64,000 nucleotides of DNA from Epiperipatus broadwayi (lineage: Eukaryota; Animalia; Onychophora), in NCBI GenBank assembly GCA_028023455.1, contig JAQFVV010000005.1:14322001-14386000 (forward strand), in the 5' to 3' direction. Below are positions 13,176-25,589 of this stretch, piece by piece. A model generated the notes under the pieces. The model saw nothing but the letters and a program-made list of their open reading frames with translations, did no database searches and was not told where the DNA came from. How positions within the stretch are numbered: position 1 is the stretch's first letter; every line of letters starts with the position of its first letter. A program made the position numbers and the translations under genes.

Positions 13176-14988
13176 TTAAATACGCTTATTTCAGGGCACA
13201 TATATAAAACCTGGGTCACTTTACAAACCTCAATATTTTTATAAATACTTCTAGAATATATATATTGTACCGCTAATGAGCAGCGCTACATGTTTTTGTA
13301 TGGAAAGTATAATTAGTTTAAAGAATTAAAAATGAAATTTTAAAGAAATAAAAATACTGCGGAGTCAGTTATCAATAAATGATTGGAATAAATTTTGTTA
13401 AAATAAATAAAAGTTCTAAGAAATAGAAATATAGTTTTTTTAGAAACCCAGATCACCAAAAGACAAAGCGCTGCATCGTCTTGTTATAATAAAGTTTTGC
13501 TAATTAAAGAGCGAATAGGAAGGGGGATGAAATTTAACTAAGTAAAGGGTTAAAAATAGAGTTCTCTCTATTTTCACAAACTTAAAGAAAAAATATGTAT
13601 GTATGTAAAAATGAAAATAGAATTAAAATATGAAAGGAAAGCATATAAAACTTAAATCTACTTAAAGATTGCTTGGCTGATAAACAGAAGGGAATAACTA
13701 AATTACAGCAAATGAAACAAAAAATAATTCAAGCTATATTTATTCAAATGCCAGTTAATTACACAATTATGCAGATTAAACTGGGAATTTAATTAATATT
13801 ATAAATTAATTAAACTAGATCAGCATAAGTAGAGACAATAGAGAAATTATATAAAAGGACTGAAAATCCATTCATCATTCTTATTCTTGATTAGTCTTCA
13901 GCCTCATTCATAACAATCATTAAGATTGTATTCATATTACTACTGTGGAAGAGCTCCAGAAAAGAGAAGACAGGAAAAGCTACTAGCATCCCCAGCATGC
14001 AAATAGATGTCTTCATATTTACTGAAGAACCATTTAACATATAGTGCTAGACAGTCCCCAGAGTATGCAGTTAATCTCCAGTCCTGGTCCCATCAGAAAT
14101 CCTCCATCTAGAAGTCATGATCACTTAATAATCTGAGCAGCCAAGGAATGTCTACCTCAGAAATGCAGAAAGTCAGCCAGGAGCCAAAATCATTGGTGAA
14201 GTTTAAAAATCCAACCGGTTTGTGACCAATACAGTAAAAGAAAGACAAGTTGTATTTCCAGAACTATAAAGTTCAAAAATCCTAGGTAATTATGAATTTA
14301 GTTATTCCCATTCATGAACTGATCATGTTCGAATAAGAGACATAGCAATCTTTAAGTGCCTCCCATAATTATTATATAAAATACTCTAGTATATGCATGC
14401 ATATTTAATCTTATCATATTTTAATTAATATGCAAAACTTTCCTTTGAGTAGTGAATTTATATTTCAAGATGTGTGTGCATATGCAGATCTATAATGTTT
14501 TAATTGTATTATTCTTTATTATCATGTATTTTACCAAAAGTGTGCTTAAACGAATTTATAATTTTCCTTATTGTAATATTCTTTAATATCAGGTTTTAAT
14601 TAGAAGTGTTTTAAAATAAATTGTTTGTTTGCTAGTTATTGTTGGTCAGTTCTCTTTAATAATTATTCCATTAATAGACAGTCTTTAGTTAAGTGTAAGC
14701 ATTAAACGGTCTACTATAATTTGTCTTCCTAAAAATAAGTAAGAGCTAGTTAGAGATTAATCAAGCACTAAATTGTTTATCTGTCATCTAGGCATGCTAA
14801 TTATAACTTACGATTAGCGGGTGCCTGAGGTTTTACCTCGAAACAAATAGAAATGCTTTGGATGGCAGAGGTTTAAATTTAGCAGCCGAGAAGTTCTATA
14901 GCCTGGAAATGTGGCTGCAGGTCATACTTGTATAACTTAACCTTGGTCTGGTTATAGGCGCCATTGATCTTATCCACCTTCTGTATTT

Positions 14989-15033
14989 CACTTTTAACGC
15001 CTGAAGAGCCAGTGTACTGCGATAATAAAAGTG
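14989..15033 (+). ncRNA. Hammerhead ribozyme relic with stem III deleted
   Basis: cactttta acgc CTGAAGA GCCAGT gt ACTG-C GATAA taaaagtg. The core and stem II are recognisable and the distal stem I is a perfect 8 bp (cactttta/taaaagtg). GAAA and stem III are lost. Confidence 0.5.
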
Positions 15034-15129
15034 CAGCTAGAGAGATAGAGATTTAATAAAACTTTTTTTTATTTATTTATATAATCAGAGCGATCATCTC
15101 CCACTCGGTTCAATATATATGTGGCATAA

Positions 15130-15900
15130 ACATACCTTCAACAGCAACACCATTAGTTATCAGAAGTTACTGCAATGATGAGGCAATATAAAATCAAAGA
15201 ACTCGATATCCTAAATGAAAAATATTCAAAGATTAATAAAATTTAAATAATATTCCTAAAATATCAATTCTAAATGAATAGGTTTAAAAACAATCTTACT
15301 TCAATTACAAATAAGCACACAAATAATTAATAAAATAGTATTAGATTCAATCATAAACTTTAAATAAAATATCTGAATCCAAGATGGCTTTTCATTTAAC
15401 ATCCATATATCTGGTAATAATATATTATGAGGATTTTGTATCTTTATTAATAATAATAGTTATTATTTAAAAAAACAACTGATAACCAAAGTTCTTTCAA
15501 AGTCCATATTTTCCCATAAAGACAATTCCAGAGATGCTTTTAATTTAAAAAGATTTAAGATGATGTAATTTTAAATAAAAACAATTCCCTCAATGCTTCT
15601 AAGTTTTATAGAATTCCTGGGATAATGCAATTATTCCAAAGCTCTTAAAACATTAAGGCAAGTATTTAGATAAGTTGTTTATCCAAATGAAAAGTTTTCT
15701 TTACATTAGGTATATTATGCTAACAAAGAATTATAGCATTTCCTTAAGATACTTTGATGATAATTAATATTCAAAACATCTCTTAATTTTCATTAAGTTG
15801 TGAATTTCTTTTTACTCTGTTTTAGATGGCATCTGCTTAGGCAATCATAGGGGCAATTTGCACCTCAGGCAATGCTTTGTAAATTTGTTTAGCCTTGTAT
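15130..15900 (-). pseudogene. Possible decayed leucine-rich-repeat coding sequence
   Basis: Manual translation across stops gives IQG*TNLQSIA*GAN, GIL*NLEALRELFL and IWTLKELWLS, which are LxxLxxLxL-type fragments. There is no open frame. Confidence 0.3.
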
Positions 15901-17651
15901 TGTAAATTATTATTATCAAATATGGCTAAAATTTTTAACACATGAACATACATACAGTAATGCTTAGCAAAAGCAAATCCGGATAAAAAAAAATAAGATT
16001 TGTCCAACTTAGTCTTATTTATAAGTTCATATTAATGTCAGAATTGATATCACTATTGCTTTGGCAATGGAATAAAATTCTTAAATTCATTCTAAAGTAT
16101 TTAACCCATTTATCCTTGATGCCAATTTTTCATTGTTTAGACAAGCACATACATATATTTTCTTGCAAGAATGTCCTTCTAAAGAAATAATAGCTTTCTT
16201 GACAAATAAAATTTAAAATTACAAAATATTATATTATTTTAAATAAAACATTATTACATTTCTAATAAATTTAAACTATACAAAATATAAATAGTAATAT
16301 AAATTATTTTTACTTTGTTTATTTATTGATCCCCATAATAAACAATAACTTTATTTTAAAATTAGTGACAATTTACATTTCAAAATAATATTCCCTTAAA
16401 TTTAAAATAGGTAAAATAAATATATATGCACAAACATACACTTTCAAGTATTAAAATTAAAATGACATTAACTATTCTAAATCATTTTAATATTACATAT
16501 AAACTGGCATGAATATTGTTTTATTATTTTTATTTGTAACTCATTCATCCACATGTATACATATTATACGTTTTTACGTTGTATTGCTTCCTTATTAAAT
16601 TTTAATTCAGTGTGTGTCTTTAAATGCAAATCAATGTTATATTGCTTTACTATGAATTCAGAATTTGCTACAAAATTTTCAAAAAATTCTAACATATGGA
16701 TGACATATTGGAAGTTTGAAAATCCTTATATGGTTTTCAATTCAAGTAATAATAATGTCACTTTTGCATAATAAAATTTTTTAATTATTACTTTTTATGT
16801 TAAGAATGGTCAACATTTCAACCATTATATTATATATTTATATAAATAATTTGTAATAAGTTGTTTTCAGCCTAATAGTAGTCATATTATAAATAATTAT
16901 TTATTTTGTCACGATTCTCATTGCATAATTTCCCAACTCGGTTATCTTTTATAAATTGAGCATATCCATCTAATAATTATTTTGCCATGACTTGTTAATT
17001 ATTGGATGAGTTCTCTATTTCCATGAATAGTCGCAGCCTTCTACATAAATCTTTCAAAATTTATACAAAACAAAAATGACTTACAGATACAAATATTTTA
17101 TTTGCCTACAACATAAACAGTTGTCTTTTGTGAAGTTCTACAATAAATATCAAATGATTAATAAATAATTTATTCTTAAATTTTACTTATTTTATTCTAC
17201 AAGAAAAACAAAGGAGTCATTTATTATATCAAAAAATTTTATAAGCTAGGACTAAAAATAAGAGATGCAAATGCTATTATAAACATGTGTTGGAATTATA
17301 TGAAGTCCTTATTGTTAATATTTAAATTTCAAATCATATTTACTATTGCATGCTAAAATGTCTGTGAAAGAGTGCATTTAGTACATCAAAATGTATATGC
17401 TAATGAATACCAAAGTTTTATTAAATGGATAATGAAAGTGATGTTTAATGTAAATTATTTGTGGTTCTTTAAATAGTTTATTTCACCATAAATTCTTATT
17501 CATCGTGAAATTAATGCAGAAAATGCTGCATATAATCTTTTTTCTGGTAGAATCCAAATATAGATTCTACCTGCAATACTCTTCTCTCTGGAAAAGTTCA
17601 CACATAAGATTCATCCATGTATTTTCCTTTATATTTTAAATATTAAAAAAG

Positions 17652-18728
17652 AAATAATATTTATTTTATAAAGCGCAAACAGTATTGAAATTAAATTGAG
17701 AGGCTGCAAACCTCATGCGCTTATTACTCATCTGACAGCCAATCAAATGTTATGATGGCTATTTTGAATAGCGATCACACCGTAAATACAAGACAGAGAA
17801 TTTTACAAGAAAAGGGCGATCCACCCTCTTCTTTACTTGTCTTTCTATATATCTAAGCCAGTCTGAAGTACTTAGATTTGAAAGTGTGAAGCTTTAAATA
17901 TCTTCACATTTAACTCACCGAATCTAAATTACAAACATAAAGCGCGAAATCCTATGATTTACTACACAGTAGTTTTTAGATGTTATAACTTGCAGTAACG
18001 TATGTTTGCAGTCTCTCAATTTAATTTCAATATTGTTTGCGCTTTATAAAATAAATATTATTTACATACATTACTGCAAGTTATAACATCTAAAAACTAC
18101 TGCGTAGTAAATCATAGGATTTCGCGCTGTATGTTTGTAATTTAGACTCAGTGAGTTAAATGTGAAGATATTTAAAGCTTCACACTTTCAAATCTAAATA
18201 CTTCAGACTGGCTTAGATATATAGAAAGACGAATAAAGAAGAGGTTGGACCGCCCTTTTCTTGTAAAATTCTGTCTTGTATTTACAGTTGATCGCTATTC
18301 AAAACAGCCATCATAACATCTGATTGGCTGTCAGATAAGTAATAAGCGTGTGAGGTTTGCAGCCTCTCAATTTAATTTCAATACTGTTTGCGCTTTATAA
18401 AATAAATATTATTTACATACATTACTGCAAGTTATAACATCTAAAAACTACTGCGTAGTAAATTGTAGGATTTCGCACTGTATGTTTGTAATTTAGACTT
18501 TGTGAGTTAAATGTGAAGATATTTAAAGCTTCACACTTTCAAATCTAAATACTTCAGACTGGCTTAGATATATAGAAAGACAAGTAAAAAAGGTGGACCG
18601 CCCTTTTCTTGTAAAATTTTCTGCCTTGTATTTTCGGTTTGATCGCTATTCAAAACAGCCATCATAACATCTGATTGGATGTCAGATAAATAATAAGTGC
18701 ATGAGGTTGGCAGCCTCTCAATTTAATT
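17652..18728. repeat. 351-bp repeat array: one unit (17652-18005) inverted against a partial, a full (18064-18414) and a near-full unit (18415-18728)
   Basis: acatacattactgcaag recurs at 18064 and 18415 (period 351). 17652-18005 is the reverse complement of 18064-18414 with high identity. Confidence 0.95.
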
Positions 18729-18960
18729 AAAAAAGAAAATACATTCAACTTTTCAAATAATTATTTTAAATTTTTTTACATCTCTCTCTCTTATAAGCAT
18801 ATGCATTTGATTAATACTGTTTTAAACAATATCCTTTAAAATGTCACCTTTAAATTAGTATTATACATAAAAATACTGACCTTGTTAATGGCAAACAGCT
18901 ATTAAAGAGAAAACAAAACAATATGGAAAATTGTTTAATGCCCCTAATCCCATTTGACAA

Positions 18961-21200
18961 TTATAATAGTACCTTCGTTATCATTTTGCTAAAAGGAGCT
19001 GCTGGAGAATCTCTTATCCTGCAATAGTCTATTTGGATTATTTTATTCTTAATCTTACAATAATATTTATTAAATATTCAACAGCTCATTTTTATCCATT
19101 ATTAAATGATCACTTTTTAATCTGAAAAACATAAGAATGGATTGGAAATATTAACCTCTATGTATAATTCTATTCCTTTGTATTTCTTCTCTAGCCACAC
19201 CCTTTTAATATTATCCACTGACATCTCAATTCACTTTACATATTTTCAGAATTCATATTTTTTTGATCTTATTAATTTCTATTTCTTCCATAATTTATTA
19301 CATTTTATTACACACTTTGGAAATTTTCCCTCAAATAATTCTCCATCTTTATTTCAATTAATCAATTCGTATATGTTTATTTCATGTTCAATAAGTCTGA
19401 AAATTATTTACTAATATTGCCATTTAATTTTACAATTCTTGTTTTAAATAATATTTATTTTTATATTTTTATAAAGCGCAGACGGTATTGAAATTAAACT
19501 GAGAGAGTGCAAATCTCTCAAGCGCTTATGACTATCACCAGCCAATCAGATCAAGCACTGAGACAGAGAATTTCACAAGAAAAAGGTGGTTCCACCTTAT
19601 AATTCTAAATGAAGACAATAAAATTCTTAATACTCATTGTACATTTATTTTCAACCAAAACAGCCAATTGAAATTTAATCTTTTCCAAGTATAAAATGTC
19701 ATTCAAAAATTTTAAGCTAAGTAAAATCATGATTCTCTTTACAAAGTTAATAATCACTGACTTCTTTTAATCCTAAAACTATAATCACAGTTTTATCAGA
19801 AATTCCTTTCAGGTAACCAATCCATACCAAACTAATAATAATTAATAAAGTCTATCCATTTTTGGTTACAGGTTAAAACTTGGGAAAAATATTTCTTAAA
19901 TGTTCATGACTTAAGAATTCTTTTCCACTTATTTCATGAGAATAAATATTAGAAAGGATATACTGTCCTTAATTATTCAATAGTTATTGAATCTTAAATC
20001 TAAACATAATTATTAACTTTATCACATATATAAACTATCCTTGAAATCAATAATCTGTTAAATGTTATGATTAAAAACTATAATTTATAGCAGTTTTGAG
20101 TTATGAATGCAATATATGTAATATGAATTGCTCAGGTAATATTTTCATATGTACGAATGATAATCCTTGCCAGATAAATCAACTTGACCACTAGCAATAA
20201 ATTTAGAAAAGTCATTGGTCAACTATCCAGAAATAGATTACGAGGATGAAATGCCTAATCAAAATCAAAGAAACATTAAACTATTATAAGGCCAGGATTC
20301 TTGTGTGATTAGTCCTCCAAATAAATGGTTGATACTAAAACTGGAATACATCATTCTAATAGGCCCATAATGAGTAATTACATTCCTGCCCATTAACAGC
20401 CTCTGAAGTTTAACATAAATATTTCTAAGTCCCGAATCCTATTTCTCCAATTAGTATAAATAGTACAATAACTTGATGAGTTAAGACTAGACCAAATCTC
20501 TAGATTGCTCTATAATTAGAGTGAACTAAGTCTCACATGAATCACATTCTACAGGACTTGAGGAATTTATAATTAATTCTAAGTGATTCACTCTTTATGA
20601 TTCATTGAGACTGCTATTCCTCAGTTGTTTTCCTTAGGGAATGGAACAGTTTATCATAGTAATAGATCTGACATATGCATAGATTTCATATCATGAACAT
20701 TAGTCAATGTGGAGAAAAATTATTTTTGGTTGATACAGAAACTATTTTCTTAATGGCAGCAGTGAAAAAATTGCATTGTTAACATTGGAAATTGAGAATG
20801 TCATTGTTAAACATCCTGGAATTAGGAACTTCCTCAGTATGTATTTTCTCATATGCAAGGTTGGTTTCCCTTTTCGTCTGCATATACTTATAAAATGCAG
20901 ATCAAATAAATTATATCTCAAGCAGATGACCTAAGCAAATAGCTTGATAAATATCCAGTGGAGTTAAATCATGCTAAGGTAATGACTATGAATAACTCTA
21001 TGCTAATGCAATGGCTCATTGGAATGGAAATTATCCTGGTTATCAACAATTCCTAAAATACTTTTATTCATGATGACCAAATAAAAATCCAAGCAGCTTT
21101 CCAAATCATTTTAGCCAAGATTAAGAAAGTTTTCAATTGAAAGTAATTTATCACTTAGGATGCACGAGTGATATTGGTATTTTTCAAAATTTTTACTTTT
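18961..21200 (-). mobile_element. Degenerate LINE ORF2 (clade uncertain, CR1/L2/Crack-like), copy 1 of duplicated block
   Basis: Minus-strand fragments include TVPFPK...IPQVL*NVIHVRL (RT N-terminal), LKFLNDILYLEKIKFQLAVL and ILMFFRLKSDHL (like 'FRLSSH.L' in LINE C-termini). Collinear with 35415-37740. Confidence 0.5.
19446..19596 (+). repeat. Diverged fragment of the 351-bp repeat family inserted in the LINE fossil
   Basis: ataaagcgcagacggtattgaaattaaactgagag...ccagccaatcaga...agacagagaatttcacaaga matches the 17652 unit. It was not seen at the equivalent position of the second block copy. Confidence 0.8.
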
Positions 21201-21299
21201 GTCAATGAATGTGAAGAAGGTAATATTCAATTATATATATGTTTGCTCTTTAAATTTATTATTAATAACTTATTTTTTAAAATTTTTTGTTTATCTTAA

Positions 21300-23105
21300 T
21301 TTGTATAATATATACTGATAGCTATCACTGTAAACAAGTATGATTATTCAAATTTCAAGAAAGAATTTTTTTTTCTAGAAATGAGTTTTGCAATGACTAT
21401 ATAAATCAATCTGTGAAAGACAAATACATTCATGGATAGCAGAATACTTTTCTTTTTGAAACATTTCAATACCATTTTGAATTGCAGCTTTCAAATATAT
21501 TCTATTCTCCGCCATATCTTCCTAAACAATCAATCTTCATTTTGTAAAAATGTCTTTGAGATTATACATATTACGTAGATGGGATCTACCTCTGCTACGA
21601 AAACCATGCTCAAATGAACCATAAAATATTATTTTCGGAAGTCTTGCAGTGTTCACTCATTTCACATGTCCAATCCAACAAAGTTGTGATTTTACAATAG
21701 CGGATAAGTCAAACATATAGATTGGTTTTATGATCTTGCCATACTACTTTAAAGATTATAATGAACATTCTTAAAAGAAAATTTTCTAATGCCTTTATAT
21801 TGCACTGAAAGGTATGAAAGTCTCACTTCCAAACAATAAATGAGGTAAAATAATATCTCTACATATAGCTAATTTAGTTGCAGTAATTATTTACCTTATC
21901 TTTTAACTTGTTAAATGACTTCAACATCTAAGTTCACTTTTCTATTTATAAAACTCACAAGATATTTAAATTGGTTTACATGCTCAAGTTGACAATTATC
22001 CATGCTAAAATTTCCTTAGCATTTTTCTTCTGTTTATGACTGATAAAGAATTTGAATTTTATAAATATTAATTATTAAAGTTCTGCAAATCTTCTTTTGA
22101 ACTGGTAAAAATTGCAAGTCATTAACATATTGTAAATCCTGAATCCAAGAAGTAGAAGCTCTTGTATTTGTTTTTAATCAATTCAAATTAAAAATACCAT
22201 CATCAAATCTACATCACATGTTAATCTTTGAATCATTAAGCTGTTAACAGTTTCAACAATACCTACCTTAAAAACTGAAAACAATCCTTTTTTTATCACC
22301 AGTTTTCATTTCAGATTTTTCCTTGTAATAAAACATTTCCCATCATTTGAACATATAGCTCTAAAATATGAATAAATTTTGACGAGAAACCAACTAATAT
22401 CAAACAATCCCATAAACTTGTTTAATTAACCAAATCAAATGCTTTGACCAAAAAAATAAATAAATAAAACCAATATATAAATCATTTTTTTGTTTCAGAT
22501 ACTTTCTTTGCATTTGCCTATAAGCAAAACCCATCTATAGTGCTTCTTGAGTTTTTAAAAGCACACTAAATCTCTTATAAATTATTCATCTATATCTGGA
22601 AACAACCTATTTAACAAAATCCTTACAAGTAGCTTTGCTGAGTAGATAATAATATTCTATGATAATTACAGTAATCTTGTCTTATTCCTTTTGTTTTTAA
22701 ATATTGGAATAATAGACACATCCCTGAGATTAAGCAGCATAATTTCAAGGATCCCTATATTCCTAAAAAATTCTAATGTTTCTGAAATTAACAAATCACT
22801 ATATTTTAAGACGTCTTCAGTTATTCCACCAAGATCTGCAGCACTTCTATTTTTAAAATTACTAAGAGTTGTTTAGATATCTTTACCTAAATCTAAATAA
22901 ATAGATAAAATGGATATATCATTAAAATTTATCATCTTAACAGATGGATAGCTAAGTTTTTTTTGGAAAGGTAGATCCATCACTGAAAGAAGAGTGCACA
23001 ATGTTAAATTTTCTATAAAATCCGATTTAGTATCTTCTATTCTCGGAATTCTTCATTGCATCAATGATGTGAAAACTTGCCTTACACAATGTTTTTAGTG
23101 CTCAT
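21300..23105 (-). mobile_element. Degenerate RTE/BovB-like LINE, copy 1 of duplicated block
   Basis: Minus-strand fragments VVWQDHKTN, QLCWIGHV, RLPKIIFYG and IDLYSHCKTH match the RTE C-terminus. The RT lies upstream and is collinear with 37850-39700. Confidence 0.75.
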
Positions 23106-23176
23106 TTTATTTTTTATACCCCAATATTAAATTCAGAAAAAGAAATCTTTTATTCTTTGCTGGATAATATTATTAG

Positions 23177-23500
23177 AAATAAATAGAGATAAAAAAACTT
23201 TTTTATATTAAATGCTTTTATCACTAAAAAGCAAAAAAATAATTGCTTCTTCAACTGCAAATGGGTTTTTAGATTTAACTTGAAAGAAAATCATAAGAGT
23301 TCCAGAAATTAATTAAGTCAATCCTTTGTTATGAAAAATTGAGATGGACTTAATTAATTTCTGGATCCTACTTCCTCTTATTTCATGTTAACTCTAAAAA
23401 CCCCAATTGTGGATATAAAAAAAAATATATTTTTTTTGCTTTTTAGTGCATGGTAAATAAAAGCATTTAAAATAAAAATTAATTTTATTTCTATTTATTT
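23177..23500. repeat. Degenerate fold-back of about 325 bp
   Basis: Symmetric blocks: cactaaaaagcaaaaaaata/tattttttttgctttttagtg, gggtttttaga/tctaaaaaccc and ccagaaattaattaagtc/gacttaattaatttctgg. Confidence 0.8.
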
Positions 23501-24540
23501 TTAACTTTTTAGTATTGGCTCAGTAAATAAAAATGTGAAACTATATTATACTTTAAATCAACTTGACACTTTTAGTTAATATATATATATATATATATCA
23601 CAATATATTTCTATATATCACAATATATTTATATACCCCCTTATGTATATATATTTAGTATGCATACATAATAATATATGTATATAATAAATGATTTAAA
23701 TTACTAAAAATATGAAGAAAATATTTTAAATAAAGTGTTTGGCATTTTTGCTGTTGATTGGAAATTTTTATTTTTTTAAAAAAATATTTACCAAAACTAC
23801 ATTGTAAATGACCTTCACTTAATAGTATGATTTTATTTTAAATCAATTTGAGACTATATGAACACATTCTTTAGTTAAAAAGTGTCCGACTTTTTTATTT
23901 GAATTTTTTTTTTTTTTAAAAAAAAGCTTAACAAAACTGTATTTTAAACTAACTTTACTTTATTCTAATTTAAATGAAGTTTACAATTGAAACCAAGAAA
24001 ATCGTGTGCATTATTTAAAACATATTGCAGTTCCAAGAACAGTTTTCAAATTTAATACCAAAATTTTCCTGGCCATTATTTCATATTTAAGAAACTAGGT
24101 CCCCTACCTAAAATCTTATTGCTCTATCATTTCGATAGTGATTTTTAAAAATGTACAAAATTTCAACAAATTATATTGAATTTAGATTTATTAAATCTTG
24201 CATTTTAAAATATTATAAGTTTAAAATTATATGGAATTTAAATCTATTAAACCTTGATTTTAAAATAACTTTAAATTGAAACCAAAAAAAAAAAAAAATC
24301 TCTATACCATCCTCTCACAAATATTACTTAAAACATATTAAAGTTTTAAAAATGAATAAATTTGATATCAAAATTTTGTCGACCACTGGTTTAGATCTAA
24401 GAAACTAGGTCATCTACCTAAAATATTATAGTCCCATATTGTATTGCCAGATATTTCTTATGTACAAAATTTGAACCAATTCTATTCAATTTAAATCTAT
24501 TAAATCTCTATTTTAAAATGTTATTCTTAAATAATAAAAG
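23500..24540 (+). repeat. Degenerate tandem repeat, unit about 290-310 bp
   Basis: attgaaaccaa occurs near 23986 and 24276, aagaaactaggtc near 24089 and 24399, and tttaaatcaa...ttagttaa near 23550 and 23837. Confidence 0.55.
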
Positions 24541-25589
24541 TAATTACAATGGTTTACAACAAATATACAAACAGATATTATAACTTAAATAAAAGCATTT
24601 AATATTAAAAAATAAATTAGGCAGCTCACCTTTTAATTTATGGATATTTATAAAACTTGTTTTTTCTTTTGAAATGTATGTAAATAATTATTCATTATGA
24701 CATAGTATTTTTATTTGCTTAATGTACACTGTACTCCAATATTAAATAAGAAATGTTTTTTAGTAAATTGTTATTCATGCATTGATAATAGACAGATTGT
24801 TACAGTAAAATGTTATTCTACATGTACTTTTAAATTTGTTGGTAAAAGTCTTTGAGTAGATTTTAATTGTTTAAAAAACTTATTCTTAAAAGTACATCTA
24901 CCAACATATGTTTTTCACCATGTTGGTAAAAAAAAAAATTGAAAAATTAGTACTATCAACTATAGTATCTATCACTTTTTTTTGGACAAAGACTATTATT
25001 AATACTTGATTTCCAAAGTCCTGCATTATAATGGAACAAATAACTATCCAATAAAAAAAATTAAATCATAACAAGAAGAGTGAGTTCTCTTCCATCAATA
25101 CATTCGAGTCCTTATTTCAACTAAATGATAATATAATTGCAGTCTATTATCAATCTAAAGAAAGAATATATAGTTTTCAATAACACAAATATTAGTTTCA
25201 TCAAGAACTTCTTACCTACTCATAAATTATAATTATAGTGGATCCTCTGCTTAATTTACTTACAATCTAAAGTTCATTTTCAATCTTTACATCCTTCGGA
25301 TGAATTCCAATCAACTTCTCATAAGCAAATAATAATTTTTATATGATTTTTTTTTTTCTGTAATAAAGACTAATGAGTCATTTACACTCTAAAGTTCATT
25401 TTCAATCTTTAGATTCTTTAAACGAATTCTAATCAACTTCTCAAATAATAATTTTCAAATAAAGATTTTTTTTTTTTTTAATATAAATTAATGTGCCATT
25501 TTAGAAGTTTTAAAGTCATATTTAACAGTTATAATTAAAATCTTTCAAATTTGCATTAAGCAAATTTTACTGATAAACATACAATTGAA

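Noticed and set aside
17652-18728. CRISPR-like array
   Set aside because: The units are 351 bp, contiguous and lack unique spacers; the context is eukaryotic with no cas genes.
18961-21200. Endogenous RNA-virus polymerase or a novel duplicated gene
   Set aside because: No viral RdRp motifs were found. The minus-strand fragments fit LINE ORF2 (VP.PK, FRL..HL) better, although the clade remains uncertain.
23270-23320. Hammerhead in the 23.2-kb fold-back (ccagaaattaat)
   Set aside because: A GAAA plus palindrome is present, but neither arm has a recognisable CUGANGA core or stem II.
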